Part shown: piece by piece, positions 13,609-26,595 of the stretch
Numbering within the stretch: position 1 is the stretch's first letter
Layout: the number at the start of each line of letters is the position of its first letter
Assembly: GCF_004010195.1 (NCBI RefSeq)
Contig: NC_057720.1
Coordinates: forward strand, 30,041,829 to 30,105,828
DNA length: 64,000 bases
Source: Chiloscyllium plagiosum
Taxonomy: Eukaryota
Reading direction: 5' to 3'
Translations under genes and position numbers: made by a program
The notes under the pieces: generated by a model
Databases searched by the model: none
What the model was told of the DNA's origin: nothing
What the model saw: only the letters and a program-made list of their open reading frames with translations

Positions 13609-13727
13609 TGGAGAAATATCACCTTTCCTGATGAAGGGCTTTTGCCCAAAACATCGATTTTCCTGCTCCTTGGACGCCTGGCCTGCTGTGCTTTTCCAGC
13701 ACCACACTCTGGACTCTATTTCTCCAG
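13609..13727 (+). mobile_element. Same short element family
   Basis: CTGATGA-A-GGGC-TTTT-GCCC-AAAAC-ATC at 13628-13655 (CpG-decayed), followed by the family arm. Confidence 0.75.
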
Positions 13728-14029
13728 GAGACAACACAAGAACAAACCAGATACTGGTTTATACTCCAAAGGGACTAGGTAGCCATTTTGCACAACCACT
13801 GATATTTTAACAGGAGGTTCACTCACCTCCACCCTCCAAACTACTTTCAGTTATTGGCTGAGGTCATCTGCTCACTGAAGGCCTAGTTTCAAGCCAGGTT
13901 CCACACTACAACATCAGAGTTTTGAAGACATAATGCTATCAGAAAGGATTTCCCTCACATCTCTGATGTCCTCACCAGTTTTGGAAGTCTTCAGTGCAAC
14001 CTTTGGTTGACAAACAAAGAGTGGCAAAG

Positions 14030-14358
14030 TCACTCAGTGGTTAGCCCAGCTGCCTCACAACGCCAGGGACCCAGGTTTGATTCCAGCTATGGGCAGCTGT
14101 CTGTGTGGAATTTGCACATTTTGTGTCAGAGTGTTTCCTCCTGATGCTCTGGTTTCCTCCCACAGTCCAAAGATGTGCAGGTGAGGTGGATTAGCCATGC
14201 TAAATTGTGCATAGTGTCCACGGATATGCAGGGTAGGTGGACTAGCCAAGGGAAAAGTAAGGTTACAGGGGCTAGGACTGGGTGGGATGCTCTTTGGAGG
14301 GTTGGTGTGGACTTGGTGGGCCAAATGATCTGTTTCCATACTGATGGAACTCTATGAT
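14030..14358 (+). mobile_element. V-SINE (HE1-type)
   Basis: Head, V-core and tail present, diverged. Confidence 0.85.
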
Positions 14359-15160
14359 CAAAAAGGTGCCTTTGTGATTCTCAAGCTGATTCAGCAATGC
14401 CTTCGTCTCCCGGCAGGGCTGCCGGACCTCCTGAGGGATTTCCCAAAGTTGCTGGCCCACTGCTGTCCATTATAACAGAGGGTGGAAGGACCGTCTGCTG
14501 CCAGCATGACAGATTTCCGGCCACTCAGTTGGTTCCGATACCTACAGGAAAATCCAGCTTCAAGGTAAATGTTGGTTTAACATGTGACGCCTGTCTAAGA
14601 ATCTAGATAAATTGTAAAAGTAGAGAAAGCTTTGCAAGCATGATGGTTAAGATACAATGACAGAGAAACAGAGCTAATTAAGGTGCTGGCATTTCTTAGT
14701 AGAGGGATAACATACAAGTTAATAAAGTAGAATGTTATAACCCTATAAAGAGCTCAGAGTGCTACGTGCAGTTCTGTTTAACCCTTGAAAGTGATTAACT
14801 TAGAGGGCTCAAGAGTTGGAGTAGCTGGTTAGCTCTTTGGAGCCAGTACAATGGATCAAAGGCCTCTTATATTGTTAAATTCTACAATTCTATACCTAAT
14901 TTTTGAGAAAAAGCTTATTATTTTTGAATGAGTACAAAGAAGGAAAGTGAAATGATTCCAGGCATGTTACAAAAAAATTAAAATCATCATTAAAAAGCAG
15001 TCAAGGAAATTAACCTTGTTCTTGAAAATCAAACCTAGTTCAACTGTTGACGTGTAATTCGTACTGGATGAGGCAAATTGTTCACTATAATTAGGAATAT
15101 AAAAGCCAGACAATATTGGGAAACAAATTGAAGGTCACTTGGAATTTTTTATAAACTTAC

Positions 15161-15201
15161 CAGTTTTTTGTCCAGGTAGAGACGTTCTGATTCCTTGAGA
15201 G
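15161..15201 (-). CDS. FAAH-like copy B, exon 6
   Basis: tatttag|(S)SQGIRTSLPGQKT(V)|gtaagt. 41 nt, phases 2 to 1 join exons 5 and 7 in frame. Confidence 0.88.
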
Positions 15202-15534
15202 CTAAATAACATATCAACAATAAAAAATGTCAGTGAAAGAAACAGATTCCTCTTTGTAATCATTCATGGTGCTTTAATGTAATAATCATACAGGGCGATA
15301 GTTTAGTTTCAATGGAAACCTACTGACAAAAACATAAACACATGAACAATGGAATATCCTCCATTACTCTAATTTTAACTTTCAAAAACAAACGAGAGTG
15401 TGCTCAGTTCAAAGAATAAACATTTTAAAACATGAATTTGAATTTTTGTTGAATTAATTAAATTGAATTCATTTCTGAAACAAGACTCCAACCAATTTCT
15501 CATTTTATTGGAGGTGAGCTGAGGGACAGGGGGG

Positions 15535-15851
15535 CCATTCTCAGTGGTTAGCACTGCTGCCTCACAGCGCCAGGGACCCGGGTTCAATTCCTGCCTCGGG
15601 CAACTATCTATGTGGAGTTTGCACGTTCTCCCCGCGTCTGTGTGGGTTTCCTCCGGGTGCTCCGGTTTCCTCCCACAGTCCAAAGATGTGCAGGTTAGAT
15701 AAATTGGCCATGCTAAATTGCCTGTCGTGTTAGGTGCAGGGCTAAATGTACGAGAATATGAATGGGTGGGTTGCTCTTCGGAGGGTCGGTGTGGACTTGT
15801 TGGGCCGAAGAGCCTGTTTCCACACTGTAGGGAAGCTAATCTAATCTAATC
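15535..15851 (+). mobile_element. V-SINE (HE1-type)
   Basis: Same structure as 34679-34988. Confidence 0.9.
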
Positions 15852-16556
15852 ACTGGAAGTTGGTTGGTCATTTAAACAGCTAAAAAGGCACGTGCCTTCC
15901 TTTTAACAACCAATGTACTTTTAATTCAAGTCAGCTCGCTTTCCCAAGATTTAGGAAATTTCGGCTGAAATGAGTTACAAAGGACTCACCCATGTCGAAT
16001 ATGGTTAACTTAAATGTGCAAATGAAGCAAGGCATGTGAAAAAAAAAATTCATTCAATGAGGAGTTTTGACATGGAATGTACTGCATTCTGAAAATATGG
16101 ATCCATGCTCAGTTCAAGTATTCAATAGAAATGCTGTGCAAGGATTAGCACTAGGGAATAGAACCAGTACATGTACAATGGGCCAAATAGCCCCCTTTGC
16201 ACCATAACTGTTCTGTAGTTCTGCAATGTGGCTTTACAGAACTACCTGCAGACCAGGAGGAGCAGGAATGTTGCCTTTTGCCTTCCAACATTCCCCTCAA
16301 CATATCTGCTCCCTAACCACTATCCCAAAATAATATTCCCCACACCCCCAGATTTACCGGATCCCAGACCAGCATTTACCGGCTGTAACTATGTATTTCA
16401 GCACCTAACAGGTCTTCAACACTTCAGTCAGGCTGGTTGCAAGCATGAAACCGAGAGGAAGAAATTCAAACTTGTCCTGCAGTTTTAACTGCATGGGCTT
16501 CAGGAAGTCCATTCTTCCGGATAACAACCTCAAAACAGTATCATCCTAGCACAGAA

Positions 16557-18726
16557 TGCCTAAAATTTAAAGTCACAGTCAGACGGTTTTGTTACCCTGT
16601 GGCAATTGAAGATTACTTCACTTATGCACCACAGAATAATTTGGCTAGGTTTTGAAGAATTTAACTATTCAAGAGGATAACGAGAAACTATGAACTTTTT
16701 CAAATGTGTCATTACTGTCATATATAATATTATATCCTTATTATCCCCGCAGTTTGGAATCAAAAGGTCAACGCTACAGCTAAAAGATTTTATCAATTGT
16801 TACTGAAAGAAAGCACTTCAAAACAAAATCAACTGCAGTTGCAGCGAGGGGAAAAAAAAAATCAAAAAAGATACTCTCTTTATCCACAACAACACAAAAG
16901 TGACGATGCCAAATGGCGGTGTTGTGGAATGGGGCCCAGCATATTCCAGTAAAGTGGCGAAATATAGACTTCTTTGTGACAGGAAACAGGAGCAAATCTG
17001 ACAGAAAATGAAGAGGAGAATTACTAGGTAACTGCAGAAAGAGAAAAATCAAATGCAAAATTAACTCAAGCTGCACTTGCGTGTCTCAGTAATTACCTTA
17101 ACAACATCCTACTCCCAGATGCTCCATCCAATTAAGGTAACCGGGTGTGCCATTGACCTAAATGAGTGTATTTCAGGTGAAATATTTAAAAGGGGATCAA
17201 ACCTAATGGGTTTTGAATGCTCAGTGGTTGAACATATTCAAGACTATGTTTTATAATATAAGTGACTGCTAAGGGAATTAAGAGATTTAAGGATAGTGCA
17301 AGAAGTCATGAAATGTTGTTCCTACTTTGTCTAACTTCTTACTCAACTAACCAAGTTGCAAGCATTTCCTTTTACAACCTTCTGTACATTCACAGGATGT
17401 AATATTCTCCTTAAATCCGAGACACACAATCATAAGCCTCGACACTGATTTTTTTTTTTCAGGAAATTCTAAGAAAACTCAGGGTTTTTTCTAGTCCTAT
17501 CTACTTGGAGGCTAAAACAACCGATAACTTCCATCTCTGATGATCTAGAGACTAAAGTGCCCTATTGTTGACATGGATCTTTTCCTTCATCTGAACCAAA
17601 CCGGCTTGTGATCCCCTGGCCTATCAGTCATAAAAACCCAAGTTAATAAAACACTTCAGTAGTTATCACGGCAGTTATCGAGCCATTAGCTCTTTGTTGT
17701 TTGTGATAAGATCTATCCAAAAGATATATTCCTTTTTCAGCAATATTTAAACCAAGCTCATTGTGGCCCAACAGCATCACACAAAATGGCATCTTCAGCA
17801 GGACTGATGGAAACCCAGCCTGACTAATTCAGCATTTGCACTCATGTGCAATGTTGTTCCTAGCCAATTGTTATTAATGAAGTGGGCTGGGCCATAGGGG
17901 ACAAAATGGAGAAATGCAACATGGAAGCAACTCTGCTCAAAGTCTGCCACTTCTTGACCCTCATCCTCCATCTCCGTTCAGAGCCACATGTTCCTTCTGT
18001 CCTTATGTTGAAGTTCACCCTTGTATTGCTACAGGTGGAGCAGGTTTCATAAGGCCCATACTGGCTCCAAATCCAAGGGGCACCAGAAAAAAAAGCATCT
18101 GCACAATTAAAGCAGGGACAGTTTCTAGATCTGCTAAAAACACAGGGAGCAGCTTGCAAGAATGGTAGAAAAAAATAGTAAAGAATTGTGGTGGTACAAT
18201 GATATGTACATAGGGTATTTAGTACAGTGTTGGGTTAAGTTTCTGCTTCAATGATAAAAATTATTTGTTTGCACCTTCTCCTGGTCTTGTACATACTTAC
18301 TTGCTGTGTGGCAAGTGGCTTTACTGCCATGAAAGGATGAGAATTAAAGATGAATGAGGAGTGTCTTTGATACGGTTACATCATTGATTATAAAAGCTAT
18401 GTGTCGGGATCATAGGTTCACAATTAGCTTCATAATGGGTGTACTCTTTCCACTTAACAATACCTCAGAACATCCATGTGTTGCTGATTTTTCATCCTCC
18501 TCCTCTTCAATTCCAGGTTCAATGCATTCAACACCTGTTTATCCCACTACTATGCTACATTGTGCAATCTTTCTGCTTAGGCAAGCTAATACATAAACAA
18601 AGCCTGTCCAAGCAACTACTGCCTTAATTTTAAAGTCACAGTCAGACAGTTTTGTTACCCTGTGGCAATTGAAGATACTTAACTTACGCACCACAGAATA
18701 ATTTGGCTAGGTTTCAAATAATTTAA
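16557..18726 (+). repeat. ~107 bp direct repeat (16557-16664 and 18620-18726)
   Basis: tttaaagtcacagtcagac.gttttgttaccctgtggcaattgaagat...caccacagaataatttggctaggttt occurs twice. Confidence 0.9.
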
Positions 18727-19509
18727 TTATTCACAGAGCAAGTTGGTTTCTCTATTATACCCTCCTCCATTGTCTGTGCTCCTCACAAGTGTCATCCTGC
18801 AGGCCTTCATGCCGGCAGCCTTCATCTCCAGAGAGCGAACTCTAGCTCTGCTTTGAGGAGTGAAGCGCTCAGGCAGGGCAAAAGGATCTTGGCAGTTCCC
18901 TGGGAATCTTGTACAAAGATACACTGATGGTTTTATGGTTTCACACAAACTGTGCATTAATGGAATGACCCTTGCAATGACCAAGACTCCAGGGTGATCG
19001 GGGAATCTTAATCGCCACTTGTGCAATTGATAATTTCCTGACCATATGAAAGTCAAACAGAATAACAGGGCTGTTACAATGCAGACAGCCATTCAGACCA
19101 TCATATCACAGAAAAGTCTCCAAATGAGCATCTCACCTACTGCCATTCTCCCCTTAACCTTTGTTCCTTTCACTTAACCATCTAAATGCCGTTTTGATTA
19201 TGTCAATTAAACCTACTTCCACTAGATTCTCATCCATTATACATTCTAGACCCTAAACACACGTTGTGTGGACAAGCTTTTCCTGATAGCCATTTTGCTT
19301 CCTTTATTAATCATAAAAAGGTCAAGTAATGGAAGGGGCACGGATTTTATACGACAGAGTACTTTTTGCTCAATATAGTCTGTTCAGATCTCATACTTCA
19401 AAAAAAGATCACCCCCTGCCTTCCATTCTCCAGGGAAAACAGCCCCAATTCCATCAATCTATCTATCCGTCCACATATCTGAAGTTCTTTATTCATAAAC
19501 CAGAGTGCT

Positions 19510-21750
19510 TGCACTTTCTTACAGGCCTCATTGGTTGCAAATTGCATAAGGTAATTACAGGCATATGAGAGAGGAACTGATGAAAATTGACTGGAAGTAG
19601 AGCCTATTGGGCAAGATAGTAGAGCAACAATGGCAGGAGTTTTTGGGTGTAATTGAGGACACAGTACAGAGGTTCATCCCAAAGAAACAAAAAATTATCT
19701 GGGGTTTTAGTGGGGTGGGGGGGGGGGGGTTTGAATTACTCAGCCATGGCTGATGAAGGAAGTCAGGAAATAGATCAAAGAAAAAAGAGAGAGCCTATAA
19801 AGTGGTCAAGAGCACTGGGAAATCAAAAGATTAGGAAGACTGGAAAAACAAATAGAGGATAACAAAGAGAGAAATAAGGAAGGAGAGGATCAAATATGAA
19901 AGGTAAGCTAGCCAGTAATATTAGAAATGATAGTAAAAGTTTCTTTCAATACATTAAAAAAAAGATCAGTGAGGCAAAAGCAGAAATTCAGCTGCTCCAA
20001 GTTAATGCAGGAAGGCTAGTACTGGGAGATAAGGAATTAGCTGAAGAACTTAATAAGTACTTTGTGTCAGTCTTCACAGTGGAAGACAGGAGTCATATCC
20101 AACAATTAAGGAGAGTCAGGGGCAGAGTTGAGTATGGTAGCCATTACAAAAGAGCAAGTGCCAGAAAAGCTAAAAGATCTAAAAATCGATAAATCTCCTG
20201 GACCCGATGGACTATATCTTACAGTTTGAGAGAGAGGTGGCTGAGGAAATAGTGGAGGTGCTGACTGTGATCTTTCAAAAATCACTGGAGTCAGAGAAAA
20301 TTCCAGATGATTGTAAAATTGTTGTTGTAACCCCCTTGTTCAAGAAAGGATCAAGACAAAAGATGGACAATTACAGGTCGATTAGCCTAACCTCGGTTGT
20401 TGGTAAAATTCTAGAATCCATCATTAAGGATCAGATTTCTAAATTCTTGGAAGTACCGAATCAGATTAGAACAAGTCAGCTTGGATTTACTAAGGAGAGG
20501 TAGTGCCTGACAAACCTGTTAGAATTCTTTGAGAGGTAACAAGTAGGTTAGACCAGGGGAAACCCGGTGAATGGTATCTATCTAGACTTCCAAAAGGCCT
20601 TTGGTAAAGTGCCTCACAGGAGGTTACTGAGTAAGGTGAGGGCCCATGGTGTTCAAGGTGAGCTACTGGCCTGGATTAGCGATTAGCTGTCTGACAGAAG
20701 GCAGAGAGTTGGGATAAAAGATTCCTTTTCGGAATGGCAGATGGTGACAAGTGGGGTCCCACAGGGTTCAGTGTTGGGGCCGCAGCTGTTCACTTTATAT
20801 ATTAATGATCTGGATCAAGGGACTGTGGCGAACTTCGCCAGAATGCCCCATGATACTAAGTTAGTCAGGCAGGCAGACAGTACTGAGGAGGTAGGGAGGC
20901 TGCAGAAAGATTGAGACTGTTTAGGAAATGGCTGATGAAATTCAATGTGAGCACATGCAAGGCCTTGCACTTTGGCAAACAGAATACAGGCAAGGACCAT
21001 TTTTTAAAACGGTGAGAAAATTCATAAAGCCAAAGTACAAAGGGATCTGGGAATGCTAGTCCAGGTTTCTCTAAAGGTTATTTTGCAGGTTGAGTCCATG
21101 ATTAAGAAAGCAAATGTAATGTTGTAATTTATCTCAAGAGGGTTGGAAAATAAAAGTAGTGATGTGCTTCTAAGACTTTATAAAGCTCTAGTTAGGCCCT
21201 GTTTTGAATACTGTGTCCAATTTTGGGCCTCACAACTCAGGAAGGAAATACTGGCACTGGAGCATGTCCATCGGAGATTCACACGGATGATCCCTGGAAT
21301 GGTAGGCCTAACCCATGATAATCGGCTGAGGATCCTGGGATTATATTCATTAGAGTTTAGAAGGTTATGGGGAAATCTAATAGAAATTACAAGATAATGC
21401 ATGGCTTAGAAAGGGTGGACACTGTAAATTTGTTTCTGTTAAGCAGGGAGAGTAGGACCAGTGGGCACAGCCTTAGAATTAGAGGGGATCAATTTAGAAC
21501 AGAAATGAGGAGACATTTCTTCAGACAGAGAGTGGTGGGTCTGTGGAATTCATTGCCACAGAGCGCAGTGGTGGCCGGGACGTTGGGAATCTTCAAGGCA
21601 GAGATTGATAAATTCTTGATCTCGCAAGGAATTAAGGACTACAGGGAAAGTGCGGGTAAGCAGAATTGAAACGCCCATCAGCCATGATTAAATGGCTGAG
21701 TGGACTTGATGGGCCAAATGGCCTTACTTCCACTCCTATGTCTTATGCTC
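19510..21750 (+). mobile_element. 5'-truncated CR1 LINE (different subfamily)
   Basis: ORF2 fragments [39 protein letters not shown] and LYKALVRPCFEYCVQFW. 3' tail ...cctatgtcttatg. Confidence 0.92.
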
Positions 21751-21859
21751 CTGAGCCATGACAAACAAACATCGACAGACACATCTGTAGGCAGCAGATG
21801 CTGGAATTCAGGGAATATTCCTGCTGATTCCTTCAAAGAGCCAGAAGTGAAGATATTAA

Positions 21860-22415
21860 GACAGGCTATTGAAATCGATGTTTGGTACTCTTGCCTTTAT
21901 TGGTCAGTGTATGAAGTTATATGAGTTGGGAGATCATGATGTGGTTATACAGGGCTTTGATCACATCACTTTTGGAATATTGCATTCAATTCTGGTCTCC
22001 CTACTATAGGAAAGACGTTGTTAAACTTGAAAGAGTTCAGAAAACATTTACAAGAATATTGCCAGAGTTGGAGATTTTGAGCGATAGGGCGAGGCTGAAT
22101 AGGCTGGGGCTACTGTCTCTGGAGCATCGAAGGCTGAGGACCTTATAGAGATTATGAAATCATGAGGGGCATGGATAGAGTGAATAGTCAAGAGCTTTTC
22201 CCCAGGGTAGGGAGTCCAAAACTAGAGAGGGCATTTAAGGTGAGGGGGGAAAAATTTAAAAGGCACTTGAAATACTTTTTCCTCAGAGGGTGGTGCATGT
22301 ATGGAATTAACTGCCAGGGGAACTGGTGGAGGCTGATTACATTTACAACAACATCTAAAAGGAATCTGGATGGGTACATGAATAGGAAGGGTTTAGAGGA
22401 GTATGAGCCAAATGC
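21860..22415 (+). mobile_element. CR1 3' fragment
   Basis: LLEYCIQFWSPYYRKDVVKLERVQK and LDGYMNRKGLE. Interrupted by a SINE at 22416. Confidence 0.85.
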
Positions 22416-22700
22416 TGGGGCGGCATGGTGGCTCAGCGGTTAGCACTGCTGCCTCACAGCGCCAGGGACGTGGGTTCGGGCGGCTGTCTGTGTTGAGTTT
22501 GCACATACTCTCAATGTCTGGATGGGTCTCTTCCAGGTGTTCTGGTTTCCTCCCACAGTCCAAAGATATGAAGGCTAAGTGAATTGGCCATGCTAAATTG
22601 CCCACAGTGTTCAGGGATGTGTAGGTTAGGTGTATTAATCAGGGGAAATGTAGAGCAATAGAGTAGGGGAATGGGTCTGGGTGAGTTTACTTCCATGCTG
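22416..22700 (+). mobile_element. V-SINE (HE1-type)
   Basis: ggggcggcatggtggctcagcggttagcactgctgcc head and V-core. Confidence 0.85.
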
Positions 22701-23736
22701 CATATTTCTATGACTCAATGGTGACTTTGACAGCCCCTGGCAACATATGGCCAACAGATCCAGTGACAAAGAAGTTTCTTCCAAAAAGCTGCAAATGTCA
22801 GTGACCACGTGATGTGAAAACCTGAGTCGCCTAAGGCACTGGTGCCAGACATGTCAATGCAGCTCCTCCTTCGTTGCAACCTTGATTTGGAGTTTAACCT
22901 CAAGAGTATTGAGTGTAGGAGTTGGCAGGTCATGTTGCGGCTGTACAGGACATTGGTTAGGCCACTTTTGGAATACTGCGTTCAATTCTGAGAGTTGAGG
23001 TTGTATGTGAAAGATGTGTGGTGCAGCACTGCGCACGTGTAGTTTCTCCTGCGAAATAGAAAATTGGAGTCGATCCTCCTTCCGCTGTTCATCTTGGTCC
23101 TCACCTAAGGTCCAAGTTAAAGCCATATATGCAGGGCACCCATTGTGAGCTGATCGTTGATAGACATAAAGTGACAACGTGGTCCACAAGACTCCAAAGC
23201 AGTGAAAGTGACGTCTAAGGTGTTACAAAGCAGTGAAAGCACATCCTAAAATAAAACAAGAACTGTGGTGCTTGAAATCTGAAGCCAAAACACAAATGGC
23301 TAGAGAAACCCAGCAGGTCTCACAGTATCAATGATTGATGCTGCTGAATTGCAGTTCCTTCAACTAATTTTGTTTTGGAAACGTGTTCATCAGTTCTATG
23401 AACACTTAGACGCAACGTCCATTTGCTCAGTCACTTTGACTCCTTGCAAGTTCCTCGAGCAACACTCACATGCAAGAATTCAATTCTATTAGCACAATTC
23501 AAACAGCCAGCAATTGCCTTTAAAAGTGTTAAAATTGGCTGGTAATTTCATAAGAGTCGCAAGCAGGAAGTTAGGGGTGAAAATGACTGGCCTTTGTTTG
23601 CTTTCTCACACACAATTTGAGCCCCTTCCAATGGCTACTTGACCCAAATCCACACTGTTTTTGTTTATAAAAAGGTTAAACAGTCTCCCTGACTCCAACA
23701 TTGTAAGTCAAACCACTAGTGATTCAAGATCCTTAG

Positions 23737-24075
23737 GCGACATGATGGCTCAGTGGTTAGCACTGCTGCCTCACAGCACCAGAGACCTGGATTCCATTCC
23801 ACCCTTGGGCAACTGACTGTGTAGAGTTTGCACATTCTCCCAGTATTTGCATGAGTTTTCACTGGGTGCTCCCATTTCCTCCCAAAAGTCCAAAGATGTG
23901 CACGTTAGGTGGATTTGCCATGTTAAATTACCCTGTAGTGTCCAGGAGATGTGTAGGTTAGGTAGCCAAGTGAAATGCAAGGTTAGGGGGGTGGATCTGG
24001 GTGGGATACTCTTCGGAGGGTAGGAGTGGACTCGTTCGGTCAAATGGCCTGTTTCCACCCTGTAGGGATTCTATG
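23737..24075 (+). mobile_element. V-SINE (HE1-type)
   Basis: Full head, core and tail. Confidence 0.85.
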
Positions 24076-24152
24076 AATGAAATCCTGATAAAATTATTAG
24101 GAAATCAAACATTTAATGAGTTTTAGCTCAACAAAGTAAACTGTGTACTTAC

Positions 24153-24359
24153 CTCAATCGATTCCCAGTTGGCTTGAAGCCACAGATTCCACAAAATGCA
24201 GCTGGCACCCGGATGCTGCCACCAATATCACTCCCAATGCCAAGGATCGAACCACCGGCTGCGATCAGGGCCCCTTCTCCACCAGATGACCCGCCTGGTG
24301 TGCGTTTGTGGTCATGTGGGTTGATAGTTTGCCCAAAAATAGGGTTACTGCATTCATAG
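24153..24359 (-). CDS. FAAH-like copy B, exon 5 (amidase signature, both catalytic serines)
   Basis: ttaaag|(S)[68 protein letters not shown](S)|gtaagt. GGSSGG and GSDIGGSIR carry the Ser217 and Ser241 equivalents. 207 nt. Confidence 0.97.
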
Positions 24360-25384
24360 CTTTAAAAAAAAACAAAATTTATCTTCCTCATGAACTGGTT
24401 TATATTTCTCAGCCTTTCCTAAATTTTGGTTTCTCATGTCAGGATACCACAGATAAAAAAAATTAGCCTTTTCTATATGCCAATGTTATTCAAAAACCAG
24501 AGCAAGGAGGTGATTGTACACTTTGATTTTGCTCCCTGCTGAAAAAAAAAGGTATCCCATCTGGTTCATATTCTGATAACATGTAAAAGATTGCTTGCTT
24601 GCTCAGGATTAATTTTAGTGAGTTTGTTTACACAAGTGGAGACAACAACTGACTTTGCTTGATTGATGTCTCAGTGAGGATAAAAGTTATTTTTATTAAC
24701 ATTTTTGTCAATGTCTGGATATTTTCCAATTAACCTGTTCAGAAATGGTCTTACACACTTCTGGAACAGATGGGGACTTGAACCCATCCTTCCTGAATCA
24801 GAGGTAGCGACATCACTACTGTGCAACAAGAGCCTATCTCAATATTTTAATTTTTTTTTTAATTTATCTTCTTTTTCTAAATAAACTGTTCAGGGATATG
24901 ATGACACCTCAAGAGCAGGTGGGACTTGTGTCTCTCAGTCCAGAGTTAATGGCATTACCACTGTCATAAGAGGGGTCCCTCTGCCTCAACATTTGTTTTT
25001 TATGGTTAAGATGTGTCAAGTGCTTAAACATCTGTTATTAATTCTTTAAGATTAACACTTCTATAGGGTTTTAGGAACATCATTTTCTCCCAAAAGTATA
25101 AGAATGGGCAATTTTTTCCCCCCCCATGTATGCTATTGCTACCACTGCATTCATTGGTTCTGTGCATGGTGTATACTAGATGAATGGGAATGGAGTCACT
25201 ATAAGTTGGCACAGACAGTATTAGAGGCCATTGAGAGTAGTGGCATGATTTGGCATGGGGAAAGTGGGCAAGAAGATGTGAAGGAGGAAGGCTAGTGTCC
25301 AGGCATGTGTAGGCTTGGTAAATTAGTCATGGGAAATGCAGGTCTGGGTGGGATGCTCTTCAGAGGTGTACCTGATGAGCCAAA

Positions 25385-25559
25385 GGTAGAGAGCGTGGTG
25401 CTGGAAAAGCACAGCAGGTCAGGCATATTCTTAATGAAGGGCATATGCCCAAAACGTCGATTCTCCTGCTCCTCAGATGCTGCCTGATCTGTTGTGCTTT
25501 TCCAGCACCACACTCTCGACTCTGATCTCCAGCATCTGCAGTCCTCACTTTCTCCTCCT
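25385..25559 (+). mobile_element. Short hammerhead-core insertion with inverted arms and a 12-bp TSD, inside a V-SINE tail
   Basis: TSD TGATGAGCCAAA at 25373-25384 and 25560-25571. Arms gtggtgctggaaaagcacagcaggtcaggca / tgcctgatctgttgtgcttttccagcaccac. Decayed core at 25431-25458. Confidence 0.85.
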
Positions 25560-26267
25560 TGATGAGCCAAATGGTCTGCTTCTAACTACAGGGATTCTAT
25601 GGATTGAAAGGAGAAATCACAGAATCATAATCATCCATGACCATCGAAGATCCCCTCCCTCAGTTTCCTGAGAATTCTGGAATTGGCTTTCAGCAGTAAT
25701 AGGTGGTATGGAAATGCTTGGATTGTAACTGTTTGAACTTCTATTGGTATTCAGAACCTAATAAACCTGACTTTTTGGATTCCTTGCCTCAGCTGCCATT
25801 GTTGAACAGGTGATTTGTATATTCAAAAACTATTTGTTCGGTCTGGCAATCAGTTAATTGTTGCAGTTTTTTATTTTAGCATCTAATTTTATTGATGAAA
25901 CACGCTTTTTATTTTATTTTGTAGAGAGTCTCCTACACTCTGTGCTTGGTTTGATTATATTTAAATTTTCCATTTTCTCCCTACTTCTCATCCACTTACA
26001 GTGTAGTAGCTACGGCATGGCTTGCAATGATACTAAATCATTCAAATCAGTAAGGCTTCAGGTCGCTCCCCAATATGGTTTGAGCAAATCAGTTGGGGCA
26101 GGATTAATGTCATTTAATTCTCTACTAACATGGACAGCTGCAGCCACAACAACACATGAGAAGCTAAACACTATCCAGGTCAAGGCAACCTGTTGTGACT
26201 GGCACCCTACCCATTAAACATTCCCCTCACAGCCGGGCACAGCAGTACAATCATCAACAACTGACGA

Positions 26268-26595
26268 ATCATAGAATCCCTACAGTTGGAAACAGGATAC
26301 TCACCCCATCAAGTCCACACTGACCCTCTGAAGAGCATCCCACCCAGACCTGTGACCCCTACCTATTCCTATCACCCTTTCCCATGGCTAATCCACTGAG
26401 CCTACACATCTGTGGGGCAATTTAGCATGTCCAATCCACCTTTGGACTGTGGGAGGAGACCAGAGCACCTGAAGGAACCCAATGCAGACACGGAGAATAT
26501 GCAAACTCCACAGACAGTTGCCGGAGGTCAGAATCAAGCCTGGCGTCCTGACATTGTGAGGCAACAGTGCTAACACTGCGCCACTGCACTGCCCT
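26268..26595 (-). mobile_element. V-SINE (HE1-type)
   Basis: Reverse complement of the family sequence. Confidence 0.85.

Noticed and set aside
17860..18159. Cys/Trp-rich 99-aa ORF with a faint thrombospondin-repeat look (WSQYGPYETCSTC)
   Set aside because: Non-ATG start, motif spacing does not fit, and there is no supporting exon structure.
25385..25559. Short inverted-arm elements as DNA-transposon MITEs
   Set aside because: Arm lengths vary between copies, some copies have one arm only, TSDs are 11-12 bp, and a hammerhead core is present. This fits Penelope-type retroposition better.
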